A DNA stretch of 64,000 nt, taken from NCBI GenBank assembly GCA_937892945.1, contig CALBIL010000039.1:5272-69271 (forward strand). The letters run 5' to 3'. Position numbers and translations under genes: made by a program. Position 1 is the first letter of the stretch. Each line of letters opens with the position of its first letter. Positions 19,014-27,361 of this stretch are shown here, piece by piece. This DNA comes from an uncultured euryarchaeote (GTDB lineage Archaea > Thermoplasmatota > Poseidoniia > Poseidoniales > Poseidoniaceae). Below the pieces are notes generated by a model that had not been told where the DNA came from, made no database searches, and saw nothing but the letters and a program-made list of their open reading frames with translations.

Positions 19014-20525
19014 ATGGTTAGCAAAGTCTTGGTTGCAAATCGAGGTGAAATCGCTTGCCGAATTTTACGAGCCTGTAAAGAAGCAGGTCTTGCTAGTGTT
19101 GCGATTTATGCTGCTAACGATGCCAATTCATTGTTTGTCGAACTCGCGGACCATGCCGTTCTTCTGGAAGGAGACTCGATTACCGACACATATCTAAATC
19201 AAACACAAATTTTGGAAATTGCAGCAACTTCTGGTGCTGATTCCTTACATCCTGGTTTTGGTTTCCTTTCCGAGCGTGCAGATTTTGCACGTGCGGTATC
19301 CGAAGCAGGAATTCAATGGATCGGGCCAAGTCCGAATGCAATCGAAAAAATGGGCGATAAAATGTCGGCTCGAATCACCATGAGAAATGCAGGTGTACCT
19401 GTCATTCCTGGGGAAGAAATTGAGACTGAAGATGAGGAGGAAGCCCTCATTGCCATTGAACAAGCCAGCACTCGCGTCGGTTACCCCTTGCTCTTGAAGG
19501 CATCATCTGGCGGAGGCGGGAAAGGAATGCGTGCGGTGAACCGTCCCGAAGATTTACTCGACGCAGCCCGAAGCGCACGCAGAGAAGCCTTGGCATCCTT
19601 TGGTGATGGGCGAGTCTATCTCGAGCGATTACTCACGGGTTCAAAGCATGTTGAAATTCAAATCTTAGCCGACCGACATGGCCGTACAATCCATCTTGGT
19701 GAACGTGAATGCAGTGTTCAACGCCGTCATCAAAAAGTGTTTGAAGAAGCTCCATGCGCTACTATGACTGAAGAAATACGTTTTGCAATGGGTAAAGCTG
19801 CTGTTGCCGCTGCCATGGCAGTCAATTATGAAGGTGCAGGCACGGTTGAATTCTTACTTGCACCAACAGGAGAGTTCTTTTTCCTTGAAATGAACACTCG
19901 CATTCAGGTTGAACATCCGGTAACGGAAATGATTACCGGCGTCGATATTGTCCGAGAACAACTGCGTATCGCAGCAGGTGAGCCAATGTCCTGCGGTGAA
20001 TTACATCTTCGCGGACATGCTATAGAAGTTCGATTATATGCAGAAGATGCAGCAAATAATTTCCTGCCGGCAATTGGACCACTTGCAGTATTCCAACCAC
20101 CTGAAGGTCCAGGAATACGTTTGGATACTGGCGTTCGACAAGGGGATGAAGTTACACCAAATTACGACCCAATGCTTGCGAAATTGATTGTTTGGGCTCC
20201 TTCACGTGTTGAAGCATTGCAACGAATGCGCCGTTCACTCGACGAATTTGTTGTTCTTGGGACGGTTACAAATCTCCGATTTTTAAGAGAACTTTGCGAT
20301 GTTCCTGATGTCATCCAAGGAACAACAGACACCACGATGATTGAGCGACTGTGGCCTGAAGGCTGGGCGCCATCGGTGCCTGATGAATTGGAAGAAGGCG
20401 CACTCATGGCAGCTGCCGTTGGTGAAAGTGCAGGCTTACATCGCCAAGCAACATCCGCACCTGACGCCGTTGGACATTCGGGGCCAGTGAGCCCATTTAT
20501 TACGCTGAAACGGAGGTATCCTTGA
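19014..20525 (+). CDS. Biotin carboxylase domain protein (N-terminal ~3/4 of an MCC/PCC-type alpha subunit)
   Basis: ATP-grasp biotin carboxylase strings VLVANRGEIACRI, HPGFGFLSE, GGGGKGMR, EMNTRIQVEHPVTE. It is 503 aa, that is the biotin carboxylase domain plus ~50 aa. Confidence 0.9.
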   Translation: MVSKVLVANRGEIACRILRACKEAGLASVAIYAANDANSLFVELADHAVLLEGDSITDTYLNQTQILEIAATSGADSLHPGFGFLSERADFARAVSEAGIQWIGPSPNAIEKMGDKMSARITMRNAGVPVIPGEEIETEDEEEALIAIEQASTRVGYPLLLKASSGGGGKGMRAVNRPEDLLDAARSARREALASFGDGRVYLERLLTGSKHVEIQILADRHGRTIHLGERECSVQRRHQKVFEEAPCATMTEEIRFAMGKAAVAAAMAVNYEGAGTVEFLLAPTGEFFFLEMNTRIQVEHPVTEMITGVDIVREQLRIAAGEPMSCGELHLRGHAIEVRLYAEDAANNFLPAIGPLAVFQPPEGPGIRLDTGVRQGDEVTPNYDPMLAKLIVWAPSRVEALQRMRRSLDEFVVLGTVTNLRFLRELCDVPDVIQGTTDTTMIERLWPEGWAPSVPDELEEGALMAAAVGESAGLHRQATSAPDAVGHSGPVSPFITLKRRYP

Positions 20526-20995
20526 TGCATCACCAATTCAGATCTGCAGAAGGTCCAGTTGAAGTGACCTTAGCCAAGCAAGGAGAGATTTGGCACCTTG
20601 GCGAGCATCAGGCATCGGTGGGACGTGATGGTCGATTGATGCTTCAACTTGCAAACGGCACTTCGGGCTATGCGACAATCGCTAAAGTTGCCGATGTCTG
20701 GTGGGTTCACTTTGAGGGTCATACGTTCTGCTTGGAGCGAATCGAACCCGGTGCATCCGAATCGGAAGATGGAGGCGGCTTAACTGCTCCAATGCCAGGA
20801 AAGGTCCTCGATGTTTTCGTTGAGGTTGGCCAATTGGTCGAATCAGGTCAAACCTTGATGGTTCTTGAAGCAATGAAAATGGAACATCGGATTCTTGCCT
20901 CAACAGCCGGTCAAATTACTGGGGTACATTTCGCAGCAGGTGAACAAGTCCAACAAGGTTCAGTTTTACTCGAAATGGCTGAAGCAGAAGATTAA
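20525..20995 (+). CDS. Biotin carboxyl carrier protein (C-terminal ~1/4 of an MCC/PCC-type alpha subunit)
   Basis: Biotinyl-lysine motif LEAMKMEH. ATG 20525 overlaps the TGA (20523-20525) of the biotin carboxylase gene. GGAGGT lies 7 nt upstream. The ORF track starts at TTG 20522. Confidence 0.85.
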   Translation: MHHQFRSAEGPVEVTLAKQGEIWHLGEHQASVGRDGRLMLQLANGTSGYATIAKVADVWWVHFEGHTFCLERIEPGASESEDGGGLTAPMPGKVLDVFVEVGQLVESGQTLMVLEAMKMEHRILASTAGQITGVHFAAGEQVQQGSVLLEMAEAED

Positions 20996-21873
20996 CGCTT
21001 CAGCCAATCTCCTGATTCTATTGTTGCATATTCCTTCTCATTTTCTTTATTGTAGACATATGTCCATGCCCATTCACGGCCCTGTTCAGTATCAATTCTG
21101 ACAATTGTACGGGTGAATAAAGAGTGTGTTGAATCATAGCCATAGAATCCCTCAATGGAATCTAAAGTTTGCAAGGTGAGATAAACTTGGTCAATCTGAT
21201 AAACTTCACCTTGAATGACGCCTTCATCTCCAGCAATCATGCCTGGGTAATCGCCCAGATTAAGCATTGAACCTGTGGTTGATGCTGGCTTGCCTTCACC
21301 TATGCTAAATTCCTTGAAGGTCGAATTGCGTTGTTCACCCTGCATGAGTGTCCCATACACAAAGATTTTTTCTATCGGGTAACTCGGCGAAAAGTTCTCA
21401 ATAGCATTTTTTAACTCTTCAATTGGAAGTTTTCGTTTTTCTAAACCTTTTCGAATTAAGTTGGTATAGGTGTCAGTTGGCTGGATAAAGCGTTCATCCC
21501 GGCTCTTATCAGTTACACAATAGGTCATTGCTTCGACAAAAGTCCCATTCGGAAGGATGACCTTCACTTCTCGACGTTCATACGCTTCAACTTCTGTCCC
21601 TTCCTTTTGATCCATGACTTCCAACGTAACATCATTCATTCGAAAGAGAACACCTGGAACAGCATGTCCCCGACCGGTTTCGGTGACATCAGCAGCCCCA
21701 CCTTTCCGACTGTCCGAGAAATAGTGGAACTTGAGTGAATAGTTCGGTAACCAGCACGGGCTTATTTCGACCAACCCATCATAGCGGAGATTTTTCTTTT
21801 CACACCATGACTTCCAGTCATCCCAGTCAAGGTTTGAGCCGTATCCGAAATACAGCGTACCGTCGCCTTCCAT
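20992..21873 (-). CDS. Tandem gamma-glutamylcyclotransferase-fold protein (GGCT-like + AIG2/GGACT-like)
   Basis: First half has YFGYGSNLD and second half has IFVYGTLMQGEQRN. These are two copies of the GGCT/AIG2 N-terminal signature. I start at Met27 (MEGDGTLYFGYGSNL), which removes the overlap with serS. Confidence 0.65.
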   Translation of the reverse strand: MEGDGTLYFGYGSNLDWDDWKSWCEKKNLRYDGLVEISPCWLPNYSLKFHYFSDSRKGGAADVTETGRGHAVPGVLFRMNDVTLEVMDQKEGTEVEAYERREVKVILPNGTFVEAMTYCVTDKSRDERFIQPTDTYTNLIRKGLEKRKLPIEELKNAIENFSPSYPIEKIFVYGTLMQGEQRNSTFKEFSIGEGKPASTTGSMLNLGDYPGMIAGDEGVIQGEVYQIDQVYLTLQTLDSIEGFYGYDSTHSLFTRTIVRIDTEQGREWAWTYVYNKENEKEYATIESGDWLKR

Positions 21874-21913
21874 GCAATTACAGCAACGCAAGGCTATATC
21901 AAACCTTACTGAA

Positions 21914-23206
21914 TTAGCCCCAAGTACATGGTTCAAGAATATCTTGACCACCCATCAAAGGTTGTAACACTTGAGGGATTCGGACTCGTCCATCTTCCAT
22001 TTGATTTTGTTCCATGATGGCAACCAATGCACGAGAGGTGGCAACTGCGGTAGAATTGAGTGTGTGTGCAATCGGTTGGCCTGAGTGGCCCGGTTGTCCG
22101 TATCGAATTTGCAATCGGTTTGCTTGGTAATCAGTACAGTTTGAACACGAAACGATTTCTTTGTATTGGTTTGCTCCAGGAATCCAAGCTTCAAGGTCGT
22201 ATTTTCGAGCAGCCACAGTTCCCATGTCTCCTGTACAAATATTGACGACTTCGTAATGCATTTCCAGTGCATCCCACAAATCAAGGCAGTTCTGTAGAAG
22301 TTCTTCTTGGAGTTCCCATGATTGTTCAGGAGTTGCAATAATGATTTGTTCAATCTTTGTGAATTGATGAACTCGCCAAATACCCAAATCCGATTGACCA
22401 TGTGATCCAACTTCTCTTCGAAAGCACGGCGAGAGTCCTACAATACGTAATGGCAAATCGCTTTCAGGTATTGTTTCATTCATGAACATAGCCGTGAGTG
22501 GGTGTTCTGCAGTTGCAATCATGTAGTAATTATCAGGTTCAACCCCGTACATGACCGTTTCAAAGTCAGACAGGTCTGTTACGCCTTCATAGGCTTCTCG
22601 ATTCATCATGACCGGTGGTTGAACAAAGGTATAGCCACGCTCTCGAATAAAATTAACCGCAAATTGCTGTAAAGCGAAATCAAGCCTTGCTAAGTCGCCC
22701 TTGAGGAAGAAGAATCGACTCCCCACAATCTTTGCAGCGCGTTTGAGGTCAACCCATTTATTCATCTCAATGAGTTCATTATGGGTTCGTGGTTCAAATT
22801 CAAACTGTGGTTTTTCACCATGCACACTGAGTTGAGTGTTTTCTGACTCATCAGCCCCAATCGGGACATCTGGGTGAAGGATATTCGGGATACTCATCCG
22901 TAGACGGTCGCGTTCTGCCATCGCCTGTTCGGTCATTTTTTCCATCTCGGTAATTTGTGAACCTAAATCAGCAACCTCGGCCAGAATACGCTGAGCAGCT
23001 TGTTCATCACCTGATTTCTTGGCAGCCCCAATGCCTCGAGCCGCAGTGTTTTTTGTTGCACGAAGTTGGTTTGTTTCATGTTGAAGATTAATCCACTGCT
23101 GATCTAAAACAATGACTTGGTCGATTTTGTCGTGAGGTATACCCCGTTTGTCGTGGTCCTTACGAATCACATCAGGCTCATTTCGAAACAGATTCATATC
23201 GAGCAT
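21914..23206 (-). CDS. serS: Seryl-tRNA synthetase
   Basis: N-terminal MLDMNLFRNEP coiled-coil arm and class II core strings (GSRFFFLKGDLARL, SPCFRREVGSHG). I start at ATG 23206, which has a GAGGTGA box overlapping the upstream stop. The ORF track starts at GTG 23215. Confidence 0.93.
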   Translation of the reverse strand: MLDMNLFRNEPDVIRKDHDKRGIPHDKIDQVIVLDQQWINLQHETNQLRATKNTAARGIGAAKKSGDEQAAQRILAEVADLGSQITEMEKMTEQAMAERDRLRMSIPNILHPDVPIGADESENTQLSVHGEKPQFEFEPRTHNELIEMNKWVDLKRAAKIVGSRFFFLKGDLARLDFALQQFAVNFIRERGYTFVQPPVMMNREAYEGVTDLSDFETVMYGVEPDNYYMIATAEHPLTAMFMNETIPESDLPLRIVGLSPCFRREVGSHGQSDLGIWRVHQFTKIEQIIIATPEQSWELQEELLQNCLDLWDALEMHYEVVNICTGDMGTVAARKYDLEAWIPGANQYKEIVSCSNCTDYQANRLQIRYGQPGHSGQPIAHTLNSTAVATSRALVAIMEQNQMEDGRVRIPQVLQPLMGGQDILEPCTWG

Positions 23207-23216
23207 AGTATTCACC

Positions 23217-25421
23217 TCACAATGTTATCCCAAAGTCGAAGATTGCAGTTCCTACAATCAGTAAACCACCGATGATATAGCCCAAGATAGCGCCTCCATT
23301 CAACAACGGAAGGCCTGCTTGTGCACGGCCACGGGCGACATAGGTCATCAACGCAAAGTATCCGACTAAGCCGCCAAGAAGGGTTGTCATGGCCACGAGG
23401 AAACCATCAGTTCCTTCGATGTATTGAGCAGCAGAAAGTACGAGCATTCCAGGGAAAATAACATCGCCAAGTCCCATGAACATTGCATCTTTGCCTTTCT
23501 TTTTAGGTGCTGAAGGCCCCTTTGGGCGTTCAGTTGGTGGAACATTCTTTTCTTTCATGGATACTGTTTCATCGATAAACGAATAGCCCTTTTCTTGTGG
23601 GGCGACGAGAAGTATCGGGAGTCGAAGTCCAATCATTGTATCAGCTAAGGCGAGCATATGCTTTGAGCTGTACACAGCCCACGCATCATAGATGGCTGCA
23701 GCAATCATGAAAATCATAATCAATGTTGGAACAAACGTAACTCCAAGCATGACAATGACACCAGAACCGACAAGTACACCAACGGTGTTGACCACATACC
23801 ATTCACTGTGAACATAGAGTAAAATCATCAAAATTATAGCGACCAAGAGGCCAGCAAGTAGCGGCCCATCTTCCAATTGTAAACCTTCGAGAGCCATCAT
23901 GTCCTCCGTTACTTCACCGGATTTTATTGTGATTGAACCGTTGTCATACACCGCATGGAATTGTGAGGTGTTCTCAGTTTGACCAAACCAACTTGTCGCC
24001 AAGTCATCCGAAACTGGGAAACTAATTTTGTTTTTCAATAATTGAGTGTAGTGCCAACTGGCACTTTCATCTGTAGTAATAAGCAAGTCACTCCAACCAC
24101 TTTCATCAAGGTCAGTGATACGAACGGATTGGATTGAATCTGCATAACCAAGAAGATTCATCTTCGTTTGAGGCGTGAATTCACTTTCATTTACACTTCC
24201 ATCCCATTCAAAACCAACGATGTCTCCATTCTCTTCTCCGAGTAATAAAAGTCCCTCGCGTTCATCTGATTCGTTGATCATATTGTCAGACCACGGCGAA
24301 TGACCAAAATCTGCACTGGTGAAATTACTTGTAGCATTTGTTTCAAACAAGAGTTTAGCATTGGCTTTTGAATCAATTGTGAGAGAGTTCAATTGTTCTC
24401 CAGTTTCTTCTAATAGAACGACTATGGCCATGTTGGATGTGGCGATGAGTACCTTATCATCATCAATTAATTCAGCATATTGGACTCCAGTATGTGTTTT
24501 TAATCCCGAAGGAAGATTCCACCCTGCTTGGTAGAAAAGTTCACCAGGATTCTCATCGAAGACATTGAATCGAACCAAAAGATTGTTTTCGTCGATGACA
24601 TACATTGCATCATCTGCATAAAAAGCAAGTGAACATGAACCCGACAAGGTGCCGAGGAAATCGAAACTCTGATTTCCATTTCCGTCATCTACGTAACGAT
24701 GGCACGCATAGGAGTCTTGTAATTCCCCAGTTTCAGCATCAACATACCAAACATAACCTTGATTTGTGAATGAGAAATATTCATCGGAAACGACAACGCG
24801 TACTTCTCCTGTATCATCGTATGGAATACGTTCATGCATCATGCTCCAAGCAGGTGTATCATTCAACATATCTCCACCATGGTATACATTGATCGAATCG
24901 TTCCACATTCCAGGACTTCCGAGTAGGGAATTGGTGAGATGAGTTTCCAAGCCATGATGCGAAAGGTAGGACATGTCTATTTCGCTTTCACTTTCGTATT
25001 CAAACGGTTCAACTTCCAAATCCAAAACCAGCATGTGAGCCAACGGCACGGTAGAATACATCAAGGCAATCGAAAGAACACCCATGATTCCGTATTTAAT
25101 GATCCACTCCTTCTTGTATTTGGCAAGCAGTAAAATAAATGCAGTAAAGACAAAAATCATGACCAATTCAAGCGCAATATAGCGTACTTGTGATGCTCCT
25201 GCTTCACCAAATGCTTGCAAACCTGCAACATCATACCAAGGTCGAATAAAGAGAGAAAGTGCAATGGTCAAAATAAACATGAATGCCATGCCCATCATTG
25301 AAGGAAGTTGTTCTCGCATCATCGAGAAAATATTATCTTCAGATTCTAATTCTGCTTGAACTGCTGCAAATTCCGCCGAAACCTTTCGCTCCGGCGTCGA
25401 TGGTTCAGGCTGTTCGCTCAT
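23217..25421 (-). CDS. Presenilin/signal-peptide-peptidase family (A22) intramembrane aspartyl protease with a large inserted ectodomain
   Basis: Catalytic signatures AAAIYDAWAV (Asp579) and FMGLGDVIFPG (Asp653) lie in hydrophobic helices. A PAL-like GLPLL and ~9 TM segments are present. A soluble insertion of ~385 aa lies between TM3 and TM4. Confidence 0.8.
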   Translation of the reverse strand: MSEQPEPSTPERKVSAEFAAVQAELESEDNIFSMMREQLPSMMGMAFMFILTIALSLFIRPWYDVAGLQAFGEAGASQVRYIALELVMIFVFTAFILLLAKYKKEWIIKYGIMGVLSIALMYSTVPLAHMLVLDLEVEPFEYESESEIDMSYLSHHGLETHLTNSLLGSPGMWNDSINVYHGGDMLNDTPAWSMMHERIPYDDTGEVRVVVSDEYFSFTNQGYVWYVDAETGELQDSYACHRYVDDGNGNQSFDFLGTLSGSCSLAFYADDAMYVIDENNLLVRFNVFDENPGELFYQAGWNLPSGLKTHTGVQYAELIDDDKVLIATSNMAIVVLLEETGEQLNSLTIDSKANAKLLFETNATSNFTSADFGHSPWSDNMINESDEREGLLLLGEENGDIVGFEWDGSVNESEFTPQTKMNLLGYADSIQSVRITDLDESGWSDLLITTDESASWHYTQLLKNKISFPVSDDLATSWFGQTENTSQFHAVYDNGSITIKSGEVTEDMMALEGLQLEDGPLLAGLLVAIILMILLYVHSEWYVVNTVGVLVGSGVIVMLGVTFVPTLIMIFMIAAAIYDAWAVYSSKHMLALADTMIGLRLPILLVAPQEKGYSFIDETVSMKEKNVPPTERPKGPSAPKKKGKDAMFMGLGDVIFPGMLVLSAAQYIEGTDGFLVAMTTLLGGLVGYFALMTYVARGRAQAGLPLLNGGAILGYIIGGLLIVGTAIFDFGITL

Positions 25422-25437
25422 ACCCTGTGCGAGTTCG

Positions 25438-25482
25438 GACCCTCATATGAGGGTCGCGTATCTTACGCCCCCTACGGGGGCG
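25438..25482. promoter_or_regulatory. 18-bp perfect palindrome plus adjacent GC hairpin in a divergent promoter region
   Basis: GACCCTCATATGAGGGTC (25438-25455) and CGCCCCC-TAC-GGGGGCG (25466-25482) lie between the presenilin-like gene (ATG 25421, minus) and folC (ATG 25545, plus). Confidence 0.4.
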
Positions 25483-25544
25483 ATACAATACCGTTCAGAT
25501 AACAGTGAAGAAAAGGCCTAATCATACCAACACTTCGGAAGCAT

Positions 25545-26840
25545 ATGGTTGAAGCACGCTCTTGGCTTGAATCGACGAAAAAACGAGGCATGGCACTCGG
25601 CCTCAAGGGCACCAAAACCGTTCTTGACCGGCTTCAACTCACGAACCCTTCTCACATTATCCACGTGGCAGGAAGCAACGGTAAGGGGACAGTATGTGCT
25701 TTGATAGCAGCAGCCCTCTCCTTAAACGATATCGAAAATGTTCTCTTCACTTCACCGCATGTCGCTCGAATCGAAGAACGTATTCGCAGAAACGGTATTC
25801 CAATTTCTTCACAAGAGTTCGACGCAGCATTGGAAAAAATCTACCATGCAGCAGTTGGAGATTCGTTCAATCCAGCCATTGAACTGACCTTTTTTGAGGT
25901 GACGTATCTCGTTTCAATGATTGCTTCAGTTGGCAGCGACGTCTTGATTCTGGAAACAGGTTTGGGTGGACGACTCGATGCGACACGATGCGGTCCAGCA
26001 ACCGCTTCATTGGTCACTTCTGTCAGTCGAGAACACGTTGATATTTTAGGTTCCAATCTTCCATCGATCGCTCAAGAGAAAGTTGCGATTGCTCGTCCTA
26101 ACTGTCCAATCGTTATCCGAGACCCGGAAGAGGATAATGTTCGTCGAGCAATGCTTCGTGAGATTCAAAATGCTGGTAATGCGACACTTGACGAAACACC
26201 AGCTCCTGCCCAAGCCCTTTTTGTGCCTATCCCAAAAGATTCTACTGTGAAAGAGGAGGCTGAGATTTTAGCTTCAGCATTGTTTGAATGTATTGGTTTT
26301 AGTACTGAAACAATCGACCAGGCAAAACAGATTCTTCAATGGCCAGCCAGAATGCAATTGTTAACAAAACAGGAAACATCGACCCATCCCTATTTGCTCG
26401 ATGCAGCCCACAATTCATCTGGCATGCTTCGAATTCTCCCTGAATTAGAGCGATATATCTTTCAACATGCGCCTCAAAAAAATGGTCAGCCAGTTTGGAC
26501 GCTGCTGTTTGGGACTTCACCTCAACAGAACCTCACCGAATTCCTTTCTCCTTTACATGATTTATGTGAACGTATTCCGCCACAACAGATTCTCCTGACT
26601 CGACCCCATGGAGGTCGCTACCCTGGCGTATCCCTCCCAATTCTCCTTGAACAAAAATGGTCCATTGCTACGCCTTTGAGTGCTGCTTCAGCAAAACAAG
26701 CGGTGGAAACTCTCTCCTCTTCTGCGGAGGATGAAGTCGGCTTAGTAGTAAGTTTAGGTTCACTGTATTTACAAGGAAATATACTCAATGCTTTTGATTG
26801 GGCTACTGATGAAAACCTTTCTTTGTTTGCGAAGCAATGA
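25545..26840 (+). CDS. folC: Folylpolyglutamate synthase / dihydrofolate synthase (Mur ligase family)
   Basis: P-loop HVAGSNGKGTV, LETGLGGRLDAT, length 431 aa. Confidence 0.85.
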   Translation: MVEARSWLESTKKRGMALGLKGTKTVLDRLQLTNPSHIIHVAGSNGKGTVCALIAAALSLNDIENVLFTSPHVARIEERIRRNGIPISSQEFDAALEKIYHAAVGDSFNPAIELTFFEVTYLVSMIASVGSDVLILETGLGGRLDATRCGPATASLVTSVSREHVDILGSNLPSIAQEKVAIARPNCPIVIRDPEEDNVRRAMLREIQNAGNATLDETPAPAQALFVPIPKDSTVKEEAEILASALFECIGFSTETIDQAKQILQWPARMQLLTKQETSTHPYLLDAAHNSSGMLRILPELERYIFQHAPQKNGQPVWTLLFGTSPQQNLTEFLSPLHDLCERIPPQQILLTRPHGGRYPGVSLPILLEQKWSIATPLSAASAKQAVETLSSSAEDEVGLVVSLGSLYLQGNILNAFDWATDENLSLFAKQ

Positions 26841-27313
26841 TAGAGAGTTCGCGTGTGAGAGGATTGTTGAGGACCATGAGTGATAAATGGGATATTCGTT
26901 TTTTAGAATTAGCAAAGCATATTTCAGGTTGGAGTAAAGACCCTTCAACCAAAGTAGGCTGCGTTGTTGTTGGTGAAGACCGAGAGATACGATCAACTGG
27001 ATTCAATGGATTCCCACGTGGTATAAGTGACGATAATGAACGTCTAACAGACCGTTCACAAAAGTATCCTTTGATTTGTCATGCAGAAGAAAACGCGATT
27101 ATGCATGCTGCACGAATCGGAATCTCTCTAAAGGGGAGTACTGCGTTTGTAACCTGGCCCCCCTGCTCTCGATGTGCTCGTTCATTGATCCAAGCAGGTA
27201 TCAAAGAAATCGTGTATCCTGAAACCAATGAGATTCCGGAGCGATGGCTTGAAGACTTTACCATTTCGAATGGAATGCTTCTTGAAGCAGGCATTGTGGT
27301 CCGTACGGTTTGA
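26837..27313 (+). CDS. dCMP / cytidine-deoxycytidylate deaminase
   Basis: Zinc motifs CHAEENAI and PCSRCA. ATGA overlap with the folC stop. An alternative start at Met14 (26876) is possible. Confidence 0.85.
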   Translation: MIESSRVRGLLRTMSDKWDIRFLELAKHISGWSKDPSTKVGCVVVGEDREIRSTGFNGFPRGISDDNERLTDRSQKYPLICHAEENAIMHAARIGISLKGSTAFVTWPPCSRCARSLIQAGIKEIVYPETNEIPERWLEDFTISNGMLLEAGIVVRTV

Positions 27314-27361
27314 TTTCCATTTTACCGACGCATTCATGCTCTGCGTGAGATTAGCAAATTC

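Noticed and set aside
19014-20995. Split carboxylase alpha subunit considered as a frameshifted pseudogene
   Set aside because: An embedded GGAGGT lies at the correct distance and the stop/start overlap is TGATG. Both parts have intact motifs, which argues for a functional split. It is kept as a finding because only read-level data can exclude an indel.
25422-25544. Possible folate (THF) riboswitch upstream of folC, and possible TPP riboswitch upstream of the thiI-like gene (63474-63563)
   Set aside because: Neither region contains the conserved cores I associate with these classes (e.g. CUGAGA / ACCUGA for TPP). The structures are simple hairpins or palindromes.
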